A stretch of DNA of 64,000 bases from an uncultured Bacilli bacterium (GTDB lineage: Bacteria; Bacillota_I; Bacilli_A; RFN20; CAG-449). Each line of letters starts with the position of its first letter. The first letter of the stretch is position 1. The notes under the pieces are model-generated. The model searched no databases and was not told the origin of the DNA. It saw only the letters and a program-made list of their open reading frames with translations. Location of the stretch: positions 2,477-66,476 of the forward strand of contig CANQTY010000001.1 in the NCBI GenBank assembly GCA_947626895.1. Direction: 5' to 3'. Positions 9,795 through 19,128 of the stretch are shown here, one piece after another. A program made the translations under genes and the position numbers.

Positions 9795-12393
9795 AATCAT
9801 TGTTGTCGATGGAAACTCATTACTTTTTAGAGCGTATTATGCAACTTTTTATCAAAGTGCTGGAACCATTATGCAAACAAAAGATGGAATTCCTACAAAT
9901 GCCATCTACGCATTTTCCAATATGATGTCTAAATTAGTATCTACTTTAAAAGATAAGGATTGTTTCTTTGTTTCTTTTGATACAGGTGAAAAAACATTTC
10001 GTCATGATGCATTAGCTACCTATAAAGCTCAAAGAAAACCCATTGAAGAATCATTAAAAATACAACTTCCCATTGCTCGAGAATTATTAAAAGCCATGAA
10101 TATTCCTTATTTTGAACTTGTTGGTCATGAAGGGGATGATATTGCAGGTACGGTAGCAAAAAAAGCTGCCGCGAAGGGATATCAAGTAGAAATCGTCACT
10201 TCGGATAAAGATTTCCTTCAACTAATCGATGATCATATTGAAGTTCATTTAATCAAAAAAGGGCTTCAGGATCCAGAGATTATGAATGAAACAACTTTAA
10301 AAGAGAAGATGGGATTAACACCACAGCAAATTCCCGATTATAAGGGCTTAGTTGGTGATTCTAGTGATAATTTAAAAGGAATCGATGGAATTGGTGATAA
10401 AACCGCGGTTAAATTATTAACTCAATATGGAACTCTAGAAAATATTATTGAAGCTTTAAAAGATGATTCTTCTAAACTTGCTGAAAAAATTCGTAAGGGA
10501 AAAGAAGAAGGATTACTTTGCAAACAAATTGCAACAATTGAACTAGATGTTCCTATTCCTTTTGAAATCGAAGAATTAGAATACATGGGATATGATTTTG
10601 ATGAATTATCTTCATTTTATACAAAATATGAATTCTCTTCTTTATTGAAAAAATTGAAAGTCACTGATAAGCGTATTAAAAAAGAAAAAAAGAAAGATGA
10701 TGAAATTGAATTAGAAAAAATCTATATTAATTCCTTTAATGAACTACCATCAACTTTTGATGTATTAATCGCAGATATTGAAGGAAGTAATTATCGTAAT
10801 ATTCTTTTAAGAGGATTTATCTTTGCTAAAGAAACAAAATGTTATTATTTACCCTACAATGCTAAAGATGCAGATTTAATCAGTTATCTAGAAGATGACA
10901 ATAGAAAAAAAGATACCTTTGATGCTAAATCTCTTGCCTTAGCTCTTAAAAAAGATCATATCGAACTTAAAGGAGTACGTTTTGATTTATTACTTGCTTC
11001 ATACCTTCTTAAATCATCCATTAAACAAGATCCGATTAGCATTTATGCTTATTTTGGTTATAACATTTTATCATCTGGAGAAATCAATTTATTTGAACCT
11101 GATCCAAAATTCTTCTTTATGGCTAGCTATTTAGAAAAAATTAAAATAGAATGTTTAGATAAATTACAAGATATCTCATGCTTATCCTTATATAATGACG
11201 TGGAACTTCCCTTATCTTTTGTTCTTGCAGACATGGAAAATGAGGGATTCCCATTAGATGCTTCAACTCTTTCTTCAATCAATGCACGTTATCAAGAAAA
11301 ATTAGATCAAATTAGTGAAGAAATTATGGAGCTTGCTGGAGATAAAACCTTAAATATTTCTTCCCCAAAACAAATCGCAGACTTATTATTTAACAAATTA
11401 AATTTACCCAATAATAAAAAATCATCGACTTCTATTGAGGTATTACAATCATTAAAAGATTTACATCCTATCGTAAATTTGATTATAGAGCACCGCAAAT
11501 ACTCGAAATTAGTTTCAACTTATTCTTCAGGATTAAGCGAATATATTCTTGAAGATCAAAAAATTCATGCTTCCTTTAATCAAGCCTTAACCACCACTGG
11601 AAGATTATCTTCATCCGAACCTAATTTACAAAATATTTCAGTGAGAAGTGAAGAAGGAAAAGAAATTAGAAAAGCTTTCTTTTATAAAGAAGAAGATATC
11701 GAACTTCTCTCTTTAGATTATTCACAAATCGAACTAAGAATTTTAGCATCCTTAAGTAATTGTACTCCTTTAATTGAAGCCTTTAAGAATAATGAAGATA
11801 TTCATGAACAAACCGCAAGAAAAATCTTTTCTATCCCTGATAATGAAAAAGTACCAACTGATTTAAGAAGAAAAGCAAAAACGATTAATTTTGGTATCGT
11901 TTATGGTATTTCCGATTGGGGACTATCAGAACAATTAGAAATTTCAGTTCCAGAATCCAAACGAATTATCACACGTTTTTATGAACATTATCCTGAAATC
12001 AAAAACTATTTTGATGGGGTAATCAATTTTGCTAAAAATAATGGTTATGTTGAAACACTTTTCCATCGCAGAAGATATATACCTGAACTACAATCAGATA
12101 ATTATCAAACACGAGAATTCGGTAAACGTGCAGCGATGAATGCTCCAATACAAGGTACCGCTGCTGATTTAATTAAAATTGCTATGGTAAAAATCTATAA
12201 TTTATTAAAAGATAAGCATTATAAAAGTAAAATTGTTTTACAAATTCACGATGAATTAATCTTAAAAGTTTACCAAGATGAAAAAGAACAAATCTTTCAA
12301 TTAGTAAAAGAAACCATGGAAAATGCTTATCTTTTTGCTTGTCCATTAAACGCAAATGGATCTAGTGCTAAAACATGGTATGATGCCAAGTAG
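9787..12393 (+). CDS. polA: DNA polymerase I (5'-3' exonuclease + polymerase A domain)
   Basis: N-terminal FEN-like 5'-3' exo motifs (VVDGNSLLFRAYYA; GDSSDNLKGIDGIGDKTAVKLL); C-terminal family-A motifs (RRKAKTINFGIVYGIS; LQIHDELIL). Confidence 0.9.
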   Translation: MNRIIVVDGNSLLFRAYYATFYQSAGTIMQTKDGIPTNAIYAFSNMMSKLVSTLKDKDCFFVSFDTGEKTFRHDALATYKAQRKPIEESLKIQLPIARELLKAMNIPYFELVGHEGDDIAGTVAKKAAAKGYQVEIVTSDKDFLQLIDDHIEVHLIKKGLQDPEIMNETTLKEKMGLTPQQIPDYKGLVGDSSDNLKGIDGIGDKTAVKLLTQYGTLENIIEALKDDSSKLAEKIRKGKEEGLLCKQIATIELDVPIPFEIEELEYMGYDFDELSSFYTKYEFSSLLKKLKVTDKRIKKEKKKDDEIELEKIYINSFNELPSTFDVLIADIEGSNYRNILLRGFIFAKETKCYYLPYNAKDADLISYLEDDNRKKDTFDAKSLALALKKDHIELKGVRFDLLLASYLLKSSIKQDPISIYAYFGYNILSSGEINLFEPDPKFFFMASYLEKIKIECLDKLQDISCLSLYNDVELPLSFVLADMENEGFPLDASTLSSINARYQEKLDQISEEIMELAGDKTLNISSPKQIADLLFNKLNLPNNKKSSTSIEVLQSLKDLHPIVNLIIEHRKYSKLVSTYSSGLSEYILEDQKIHASFNQALTTTGRLSSSEPNLQNISVRSEEGKEIRKAFFYKEEDIELLSLDYSQIELRILASLSNCTPLIEAFKNNEDIHEQTARKIFSIPDNEKVPTDLRRKAKTINFGIVYGISDWGLSEQLEISVPESKRIITRFYEHYPEIKNYFDGVINFAKNNGYVETLFHRRRYIPELQSDNYQTREFGKRAAMNAPIQGTAADLIKIAMVKIYNLLKDKHYKSKIVLQIHDELILKVYQDEKEQIFQLVKETMENAYLFACPLNANGSSAKTWYDAK

Positions 12394-12401
12394 GTGAATT
12401 T

Positions 12402-13799
12402 ATGCCTGAATTACCAGAAGTTGAAACCGTAAGAAGAATTTTAAATACTTGTGTACAAAATAAAAGAATACAGGATGTTTTAATTTACGATGATCATATG
12501 GCAAAAAATTCTAAATATCCTTTAAACGTTTTAAAAGGTGAAAAAATACATGTCGTTGACCGCAAGGGAAAATATTTAATTTTTCGTTTAGATCACTATC
12601 TTTTGATTTCACATCTACGGATGGAAGGAAAATATTATTATCACGAAAAAAGAGTTGAAAATGCACCCCATACCCGCATTATCTTCTGTTTTGATGATGG
12701 TACATATCTATATTATGATGACTCTAGACGATTTGGTACGATGGATGTTTATTTAATTGATGAAGAAAATAATATTCCTTCTATATCCTCTTTAGGAAAA
12801 GAACCATTTCAGTTAACTAAAGAAGAACTATATAACGATTTTAAGAGTCATCATTTAGAAATCAAATCAATGTTATTATGTCAAAATATCATCGCAGGAA
12901 TAGGAAATATTTATGCTGATGAAATTCTCTTTGAAAGTAAAATATCCCCTTTTAAAATGTGTGATACTTTAACTTTAAATGAAGTAGATGTTATTCTAGA
13001 AAATGCCAAAAAAATCTTATTAAAAGCCATTGATTTAGGTGGTTCAACCATTAGAAGTTATCATCCTTCTGAAGGAATCGATGGACTATTCCAAGAAGAA
13101 TTAAAAGCTTATGGAAAAGAAAATAAACCATGCATTCATTGTAATACTTTAATGAGATGCCACATGTTACACGGAAGAAGTGTTACTTATTGTCCGACGT
13201 GCCAAAATGTAGCAAAAGTTGTTGCTATTTATGGAAAAATAGCATCAGGTAAATCAACCGTCTTAAATTATTTATCATCACTAGGCTATAAAACCTTTTC
13301 CGCGGATAAGGAAGTGAATGACTTATATAAAAAAGATTTTCATTTAAAAGCATTTTGTATCCATCTTTTTGGTGAAGCTTGTCTAACACGATTTGGCACA
13401 ATTAACAAAAACGTTATCAAAAAACTTATTGTTAATGATGAAAATAAAAAAATTGAATTAGAAAATTATATTCATCCATTAGTGAAAAAAAGACTGATTT
13501 CCTTTATTAAGAATAATATCTATGAAAAAGTGATATTTATTGAAATACCTTTATTATTCGAAGCTAAATGGGATGATTTAGCGGATGAAATCCTAGGAAT
13601 TGATATTCCCTTAGATTTACAAATCACCCATTTAAAAAAACGTAAATCTAAAAATATTTCAAGGGATTTAGCCCTTAATTCATCTTTAAAATTTAATAAG
13701 AATTTAGCAAAATGTAATGATATTATCGTAAATGATGGTTCATTAGATGAATTATATCAAAAAGTCGATACATATCTTAATATGATTCTACGTAAGTAG
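12402..13799 (+). CDS. mutM: fusion protein: formamidopyrimidine-DNA glycosylase (Fpg/MutM) N-terminal + dephospho-CoA kinase (CoaE) C-terminal
   Basis: MPELPEVETVRR Fpg N-terminus with catalytic Pro2/Glu3; H2TH; zinc finger CIHC...CPTCQ at about aa 245-270; four residues later a CoaE P-loop VVAIYGKIASGKSTV runs to aa 465 with no stop between. Confidence 0.8.
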   Translation: MPELPEVETVRRILNTCVQNKRIQDVLIYDDHMAKNSKYPLNVLKGEKIHVVDRKGKYLIFRLDHYLLISHLRMEGKYYYHEKRVENAPHTRIIFCFDDGTYLYYDDSRRFGTMDVYLIDEENNIPSISSLGKEPFQLTKEELYNDFKSHHLEIKSMLLCQNIIAGIGNIYADEILFESKISPFKMCDTLTLNEVDVILENAKKILLKAIDLGGSTIRSYHPSEGIDGLFQEELKAYGKENKPCIHCNTLMRCHMLHGRSVTYCPTCQNVAKVVAIYGKIASGKSTVLNYLSSLGYKTFSADKEVNDLYKKDFHLKAFCIHLFGEACLTRFGTINKNVIKKLIVNDENKKIELENYIHPLVKKRLISFIKNNIYEKVIFIEIPLLFEAKWDDLADEILGIDIPLDLQITHLKKRKSKNISRDLALNSSLKFNKNLAKCNDIIVNDGSLDELYQKVDTYLNMILRK

Positions 13800-14094
13800 G
13801 TAAAAAGATAAAAAACGTATAGGAAATTTCTTTTGTTGAAAGAAAAACAAATCGTCTAATATCTTTTTTTAAAGTACATATCAAATGATTTTCTCCTTCT
13901 TTTAAATCATAAGAGATTTTTTCTTTTAATAATTCCTGCTTTAAAAAAGATGAAAATTCATTACTCTTATCATAGGATTCACGAATTTCATCCTCAAAAC
14001 GATAAAAAGACTTCAAAGTCATATCTTCATTTTGCACATCATGAAGAAATAAAAAATACGTTATAAATACGATGAAAAGAAGAATCCGTTTCAT
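13777..14094 (-). CDS. small secreted/membrane-anchored hypothetical protein
   Basis: probable start at internal Met (MKRILLFIVFITYFLF signal peptide), giving a 4-nt coupling overlap with the upstream gene; the ORF-track start at 14139 is less likely. Confidence 0.4.
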   Translation of the reverse strand: MKRILLFIVFITYFLFLHDVQNEDMTLKSFYRFEDEIRESYDKSNEFSSFLKQELLKEKISYDLKEGENHLICTLKKDIRRFVFLSTKEISYTFFIFLPTYVESY

Positions 14095-15110
14095 AAAAAA
14101 TACACCCCATATAGATAAAATAAGAAGAAAGCGACACAAAGTATAAAAGGGTAAAATGAAATAGATTCTTCCTTTCTAAGGATTGGTTGATATTCATAAG
14201 TTATTCTTGTGTCTTTTAAAGCACTTGAAATCATTAATATTTTTTCTTTGTCTTCTTCATCATAAGATGAAAATGCTTCTTGAAGAGCTTTTCCTGATCC
14301 TTCAATAAAAAGTAACTTTCTTTCTAACATTGTTTCACCAAAGTTTTTTAGTAATTTACACGCATTTTCAAATGCTTCATAAGGTTTTAAAACCTGTCCG
14401 TAGCAGGTGAAATATAAAAAGAATTGATTCATTTTCTTATCTTCTTTTTTCTTTGTTAGATATAAAATAACAAGAAAACCACTAGTTAAAGCAAAACTGA
14501 AATATAGAACGCCAATAAACGATTGAAATATTTCTAAAACATAAGAATTTTGTGCCATTAGTAATAAAAAGGCATATTGCACAATATAAATTAGATGGAT
14601 GAATTGCAAATTTTTTTCATACGTTTCTTCACTTTCTATCGGAAATAAATAATCCACAACTTTTTTTAATGCATTAAAACTTTTCGCATTTTGTAAAGCA
14701 AATAATAAGATTTCAAATGAATCAAATGGATAAAGCGTTCTTAATCTTGCCATTACTTCTTCAAGAGTGTCAGCTTTTGCCTTTGGTTCTGCAGCAATAA
14801 AGGCATCACGTAATGTTTCACTTTTCCAATAAAAAAGCATTTGATGAGCTAATAATTTTAATCTAATTTGTTTTTGAATATCTTTAATCTTAGGAAGACA
14901 ATAAAAATAAAATAATAAGCTTTCCATCAATAGATATAAAATTGTTAAAATCAAAGAAATAATCATTGATTTTGAAAGAGTCTCTATAAAAAAGAAAAGT
15001 AAAATTCCCTTTATAATTATCTCTATAATGTATGTAAAGTACCCCTCAGGTGGATTCTTTCGTTTAGGTTTCTTCTGGTGTAAGAAACGGAAATGAAAAC
15101 TTCTTGGCAT
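14091..15110 (-). CDS. polytopic integral membrane protein, unknown function
   Basis: several hydrophobic spans (about 7 predicted TM segments); start ambiguous, possibly an internal Met; no family recognised. Confidence 0.4.
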   Translation of the reverse strand: MPRSFHFRFLHQKKPKRKNPPEGYFTYIIEIIIKGILLFFFIETLSKSMIISLILTILYLLMESLLFYFYCLPKIKDIQKQIRLKLLAHQMLFYWKSETLRDAFIAAEPKAKADTLEEVMARLRTLYPFDSFEILLFALQNAKSFNALKKVVDYLFPIESEETYEKNLQFIHLIYIVQYAFLLLMAQNSYVLEIFQSFIGVLYFSFALTSGFLVILYLTKKKEDKKMNQFFLYFTCYGQVLKPYEAFENACKLLKNFGETMLERKLLFIEGSGKALQEAFSSYDEEDKEKILMISSALKDTRITYEYQPILRKEESISFYPFILCVAFFLFYLYGVYFL

Positions 15111-15388
15111 AATTCCTCCTTTATTTGTTCATAATGAATATTCACTTTTAATGAATCCAAAGCATATAGATTTTTGATTTCATGTAAGTAGTATGTAAGA
15201 TTATTTTCAAAGACATCTTGAACAAAATTGTAGTCCTCTTCTTTAAAGACGCTTTGATTTAATGAATATTCGAAAACTTCCGAAATTTCCTTTTTTAAAA
15301 ACTCTTTATCTATATATGAAGTTGTTACTTCAGAAAATGCCGAACAAAATAGCATAAAACAAATGCTAAATAGATAATATTTTTTCAT
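15023..15388 (-). CDS. small secreted hypothetical protein
   Basis: signal peptide MKKYYLFSICFMLFCSAFS; 121 aa. Confidence 0.45.
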   Translation of the reverse strand: MKKYYLFSICFMLFCSAFSEVTTSYIDKEFLKKEISEVFEYSLNQSVFKEEDYNFVQDVFENNLTYYLHEIKNLYALDSLKVNIHYEQIKEELCQEVFISVSYTRRNLNERIHLRGTLHTL

Positions 15389-16205
15389 ATGTTTCTATTT
15401 CCTTTTCACTGATTTCAATTTGATAAGAAGAGGAAAAATCTTCATTGATTTTAATGGTCTTAGGAAAATGAAATATATTTTTTCCTATTCCAATATTCAC
15501 TTCATAATTAAGTTCACCTTGGAAATATTTTCTTGGAAGAAATATATCCTTTTCATCTCCTTTTCCATCATAAATTAGTTCCCCATTTAATGAATAAGAA
15601 TATCCCGTTTCTAAAGAAAAAGTATAAATGTTCTCATTTTGATAACTATCTAAATGAAATAAGTATCCTTCTTCATAGGGTAAATGAGGAAAAATAAGTT
15701 TTGACGTATAAATTTTTAAATCACAATAGACTATATCTTTCCCTTGATAAAGAATTGTTCCAAATAAATCACGTGGGAACTTAAGTAAAGATAAATATTC
15801 CTCGATATTTGGAAAAATAAATTCAACATGATCTAAGCAACGATTCACACAATAACAATTACTCATTAAAGAAGAAACATAATATCCTAAATCGTATTCA
15901 TCCTCAATATCATAAAGATGAGTTCTATTCCTTGTATTGGTAATCTTTACTTTCGTATAAGCTAGCTCTGATTTAATGGTTATATAAAAATCATTTGTTA
16001 AATCCTCTAAAGGAATCTTTAAAATAGAAGAATCTGTATCTAATGATTCTTGGTTTAATTCATAACCAATTATTTTACCAACATTAGATGTTACATTTAG
16101 TAACAAAGAGGAGTCTTTGATTTCACTAGCTTCAACAATATAATCAGAAGATGGAATAGATAATAAGGACAATATGCATAAGCTTACCATTATTCCATTA
16201 AACAT
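15366..16205 (-). CDS. secreted hypothetical protein
   Basis: N-terminal signal peptide MVSLCILSLLSIPSS; Tyr/Asn/Glu-rich; no recognisable family. Confidence 0.45.
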   Translation of the reverse strand: MFNGIMVSLCILSLLSIPSSDYIVEASEIKDSSLLLNVTSNVGKIIGYELNQESLDTDSSILKIPLEDLTNDFYITIKSELAYTKVKITNTRNRTHLYDIEDEYDLGYYVSSLMSNCYCVNRCLDHVEFIFPNIEEYLSLLKFPRDLFGTILYQGKDIVYCDLKIYTSKLIFPHLPYEEGYLFHLDSYQNENIYTFSLETGYSYSLNGELIYDGKGDEKDIFLPRKYFQGELNYEVNIGIGKNIFHFPKTIKINEDFSSSYQIEISEKEIETYEKILSI

Positions 16206-16549
16206 AGAAATTCCTCGATGGCTTTTTTCCTAAGACGATAGAATGTCGAACGCGTGTAATAACGCATCCACCAAAACTTTTCAACCTGGAAGAAAAATTC
16301 TTTCCATAGTAACATTGCTTTTCTTCTTTCTAAACATGATAGACTAAAATTAACTCTAGCTAAATATTTAGCGTTTTCATTGTTACTTTGCTGCGATTTC
16401 AGATATAAATGCCTGTTTTCATACTTAGGATCAAAAAGCAATGGTTGCTCTCCATTATTACAATAAGGATCATTCATACAAATAGCTAAGCACCTTTTGT
16501 AGCGGACCACATAAGCCCTAATTTTATTTTCTCTATCTTTATTCGTCAT
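16190..16549 (-). CDS. small sigma-70 region-4-like HTH regulator (ArpU/RinA/DUF1492-like phage-type activator)
   Basis: C-terminal TRSTFYRLRKKAIEEF matches the sigma-70 region 4.2 recognition helix; real start at internal Met MTNKDRENK (ATG 16547-16549) with GGAGGT RBS 8 nt upstream; the 5' part of the 150-aa ORF is translated promoter DNA. Confidence 0.55.
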   Translation of the reverse strand: MTNKDRENKIRAYVVRYKRCLAICMNDPYCNNGEQPLLFDPKYENRHLYLKSQQSNNENAKYLARVNFSLSCLERRKAMLLWKEFFFQVEKFWWMRYYTRSTFYRLRKKAIEEFLCLME

Positions 16550-16769
16550 AGACAAATACCTCCATGAAATCAAAAAAACATATTTTTTGTAAAAGGTAAA
16601 GAGTTTTTTAAAAAAGCGTAAAAATGTTACTTTTTGTCTCATTTTCGTCCCATTTTGGTGTCATTTTGTTGCACCAGAATCTCATTTTTCATTTTTTTGC
16701 TCTTGTCATCAAATTTCTTGATTTTGTATAAGATAAAAATTATACTTACTTTAATCTTAAAAGGAGTCT

Positions 16770-17750
16770 ATGATGAAGAAGTTTGTTGCTTTATTAATTC
16801 CATTTTTATTCTTAGGAGTCAGCTGTGAAAAAGAAAATAATCATAAAATTATTTCTTATTTCCATGAAGATTTAACTTCTCTAATTTATGTTAATCAAAA
16901 TGAAGTAAAGACTTTAGCTAGTAATCAAGAAGATTTTATTTTATTTGTCTTTTCCGATTGTGGTTGCGGAGGCCATGGCGATAGTGTTTTTTCAACTTTA
17001 AAAACTTATATTAGTGAAACTCATCGTTTAATATACGCTATTGGGGATACGGATTATAAAAAACTTGATGTTACATTAAGTGACACTTTTCCTTTATATC
17101 CGACAAATCAAATGGATGAAATCAATAAAATTCCTGCTTTTTATTTTTATCATGGTGGAAAATTAACTTATGAACGTTATTATGAAGAAAGTTTGCTTAC
17201 AGTAAAAGGAATAACCTCGTTGATGAATGATTATATGACCCCATATGGCATGAATATTATTAATGATATTGTTCCTTATACTTTTAAAGGATATGATTTT
17301 TTTAAATTTAACGAAGAAACTACAACAAAATTAGATCAAAAAATTCAAGGAAATAACACAATTTACTATTCTTGGAAACAATGTGGAGATTGTCGTTCTT
17401 TGAAAGGAATTTTAAGAGATTATTATCTAGATCATAATACTTTATTATATATGTATGAAGTAGATTACTTTAGAAATAGTGACAATAAAGAAACATTATG
17501 GGATAATGAAGAAGGATTCCCCTATCAATATCAATTTGCTAACTATCGAGGAGGGAAAGTACCAAGTCTAGTCACTTATGAAAATGGTTTAAAAAAAGAT
17601 ATGATTGTTTATCATAATGATGTCGTTAATGATGGAACAATTGAAACATCTTTCTTTAATGAACTTGTTGGACAAAAATTAAGTGCAGAAGAACAAGAAA
17701 ACTATCATAAGGAAAAAGTACTAGAATACTTATCATCATTAAAGGAGTAA
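16770..17750 (+). CDS. lipoprotein with thioredoxin-like CxxC motif(s)
   Basis: lipobox LFLGVSC|E; SWKQCGDCRSL (Trx-like CxxC) and an earlier FSDCGCGGHG motif; possible tandem Trx-like domains. Confidence 0.45.
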   Translation: MMKKFVALLIPFLFLGVSCEKENNHKIISYFHEDLTSLIYVNQNEVKTLASNQEDFILFVFSDCGCGGHGDSVFSTLKTYISETHRLIYAIGDTDYKKLDVTLSDTFPLYPTNQMDEINKIPAFYFYHGGKLTYERYYEESLLTVKGITSLMNDYMTPYGMNIINDIVPYTFKGYDFFKFNEETTTKLDQKIQGNNTIYYSWKQCGDCRSLKGILRDYYLDHNTLLYMYEVDYFRNSDNKETLWDNEEGFPYQYQFANYRGGKVPSLVTYENGLKKDMIVYHNDVVNDGTIETSFFNELVGQKLSAEEQENYHKEKVLEYLSSLKE

Positions 17751-17752
17751 CA

Positions 17753-18538
17753 ATGAAAAAAGAAGATTTAGATTCTCAATATGGATTATATAAAACCATC
17801 GATTTATTGAAAGACACTCGAGTTAATGTCTTTTGTAAAGCAGGTGGAGGTTTTATCTTTTTTACCTTATTTGTCATTGGCTTTTTTATTGATAATATGA
17901 ATCTTTTATTCCCATTTTCTCAAGGATATTTATTATTTGTACAATATTTATCCTTAATTGTTGGCTTTATTTTATACGCTTTTTTGCATGAACTTATTCA
18001 TTTTTTAATGGCAAGAATTATGAAAATTCATGCTAAAATGAAACCCGCGGGATTATTTCCTTATTGCACCATTGAAGAAGAACTTTTAAGTAAGAAACAA
18101 TATATACTTTTTGCTTTAATGCCTTTTATTTCATTAACCACTTTATTAATTCCTAGTGTGATTTTAGTAAAAATATTTGCTCCTAATTGGTTTTGGTTAC
18201 CTTATATTCTTTTGATGCAAGATGCAGCGACATCCGTCGGTGATTTTGTCGCTATCTTTTATATTAAACGTTACAAAAAATGTTATATAGAAGATAATGA
18301 TGCTCAACTATTAATCTATGTAAAAATGGATGAATTTAAAGAATATCATGATAGTGAAAAAGCCTATTATGAAAAGAAAATGTTAAAGAAAATTAAAAAG
18401 AAAAAAAGAAAAGAACAGCTTAAAAATGCTCCTCTAATGGGTAAAAAGAAATATGAAGAAAGCTTAAAAGAAAAAGGAACTCCTTTAGAGGATACTGACG
18501 CTCAAGATATCGATGATCTTTCTAAATTAGATATGTAA
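17753..18538 (+). CDS. membrane protein with HExxH motif (DUF3267-like putative zincin peptidase), Lys-rich C-terminal tail
   Basis: LHELIHFLMARIM (HExxH) embedded between TM segments; C-terminal KKIKKKKRKEQLK low-complexity. Confidence 0.45.
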   Translation: MKKEDLDSQYGLYKTIDLLKDTRVNVFCKAGGGFIFFTLFVIGFFIDNMNLLFPFSQGYLLFVQYLSLIVGFILYAFLHELIHFLMARIMKIHAKMKPAGLFPYCTIEEELLSKKQYILFALMPFISLTTLLIPSVILVKIFAPNWFWLPYILLMQDAATSVGDFVAIFYIKRYKKCYIEDNDAQLLIYVKMDEFKEYHDSEKAYYEKKMLKKIKKKKRKEQLKNAPLMGKKKYEESLKEKGTPLEDTDAQDIDDLSKLDM

Positions 18539-18552
18539 AAAACTAGGTCGCC

Positions 18553-19005
18553 CTAGTTTTTATTTTGTAACTCTAAATATTTTTTCCATAGCTTTGCTTT
18601 CTTCATGTGATTCATGGAAAAGGCATCTTCATAATAGAAATAGATTTTTCCTTTCTTTTCTTTTAAAAATCTTGATGAAATATAGGAAGATAAATCGATG
18701 ACAAGTTCTGCATGTGGAGCAATTTCAATACTTCCCTCTTCTGTATATGAAGGATGCGCTAAGGGAATATGATAAGGATAAACGACTAAACCATAGTTTT
18801 TAATATACGTTTCTTTACCTTTAGAGTTTCTTATGGAAATCAAATAATGAATTTTATTTTGATAAATATCTGTGTCGATTTGTTCTTCAATGACTAATCG
18901 ACTTCTTTTCATGAAGCGAATGAGTAAAATCAATAAGAACAAGAACAAGAAAAGTCCAGCGACACTAAGCACGATAATTAATATAGACATTGCATTTTTT
19001 GACAT
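18553..19005 (-). CDS. small single-pass membrane protein, possible partner of the adjacent Abi gene
   Basis: probable start MSKNAMSILIIVLSVAGLFLFLFLLILLI (one TM) with AGGGG RBS; the ORF-track start at 19050 lacks an RBS. Confidence 0.4.
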   Translation of the reverse strand: MSKNAMSILIIVLSVAGLFLFLFLLILLIRFMKRSRLVIEEQIDTDIYQNKIHYLISIRNSKGKETYIKNYGLVVYPYHIPLAHPSYTEEGSIEIAPHAELVIDLSSYISSRFLKEKKGKIYFYYEDAFSMNHMKKAKLWKKYLELQNKN

Positions 19006-19128
19006 AAATACCCCTATCTCAGTATGAATCAAAATGAAAAAATTATTCAAACTGAGATAGGGGTAAATTATTAAGATAAATTAATAAAGATTTTATTTAA
19101 CCAAATGCTTTTCATAAAGCATTATATT

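Noticed and set aside
16550-16642. N-terminal 31 aa of the 150-aa ORF (MRQKVTFLRFFKKLF...)
   Set aside because: Looks like translated AT-rich promoter DNA. An internal ATG at 16549 has a GGAGGT RBS, and the conserved upstream cis element would otherwise lie inside the CDS.
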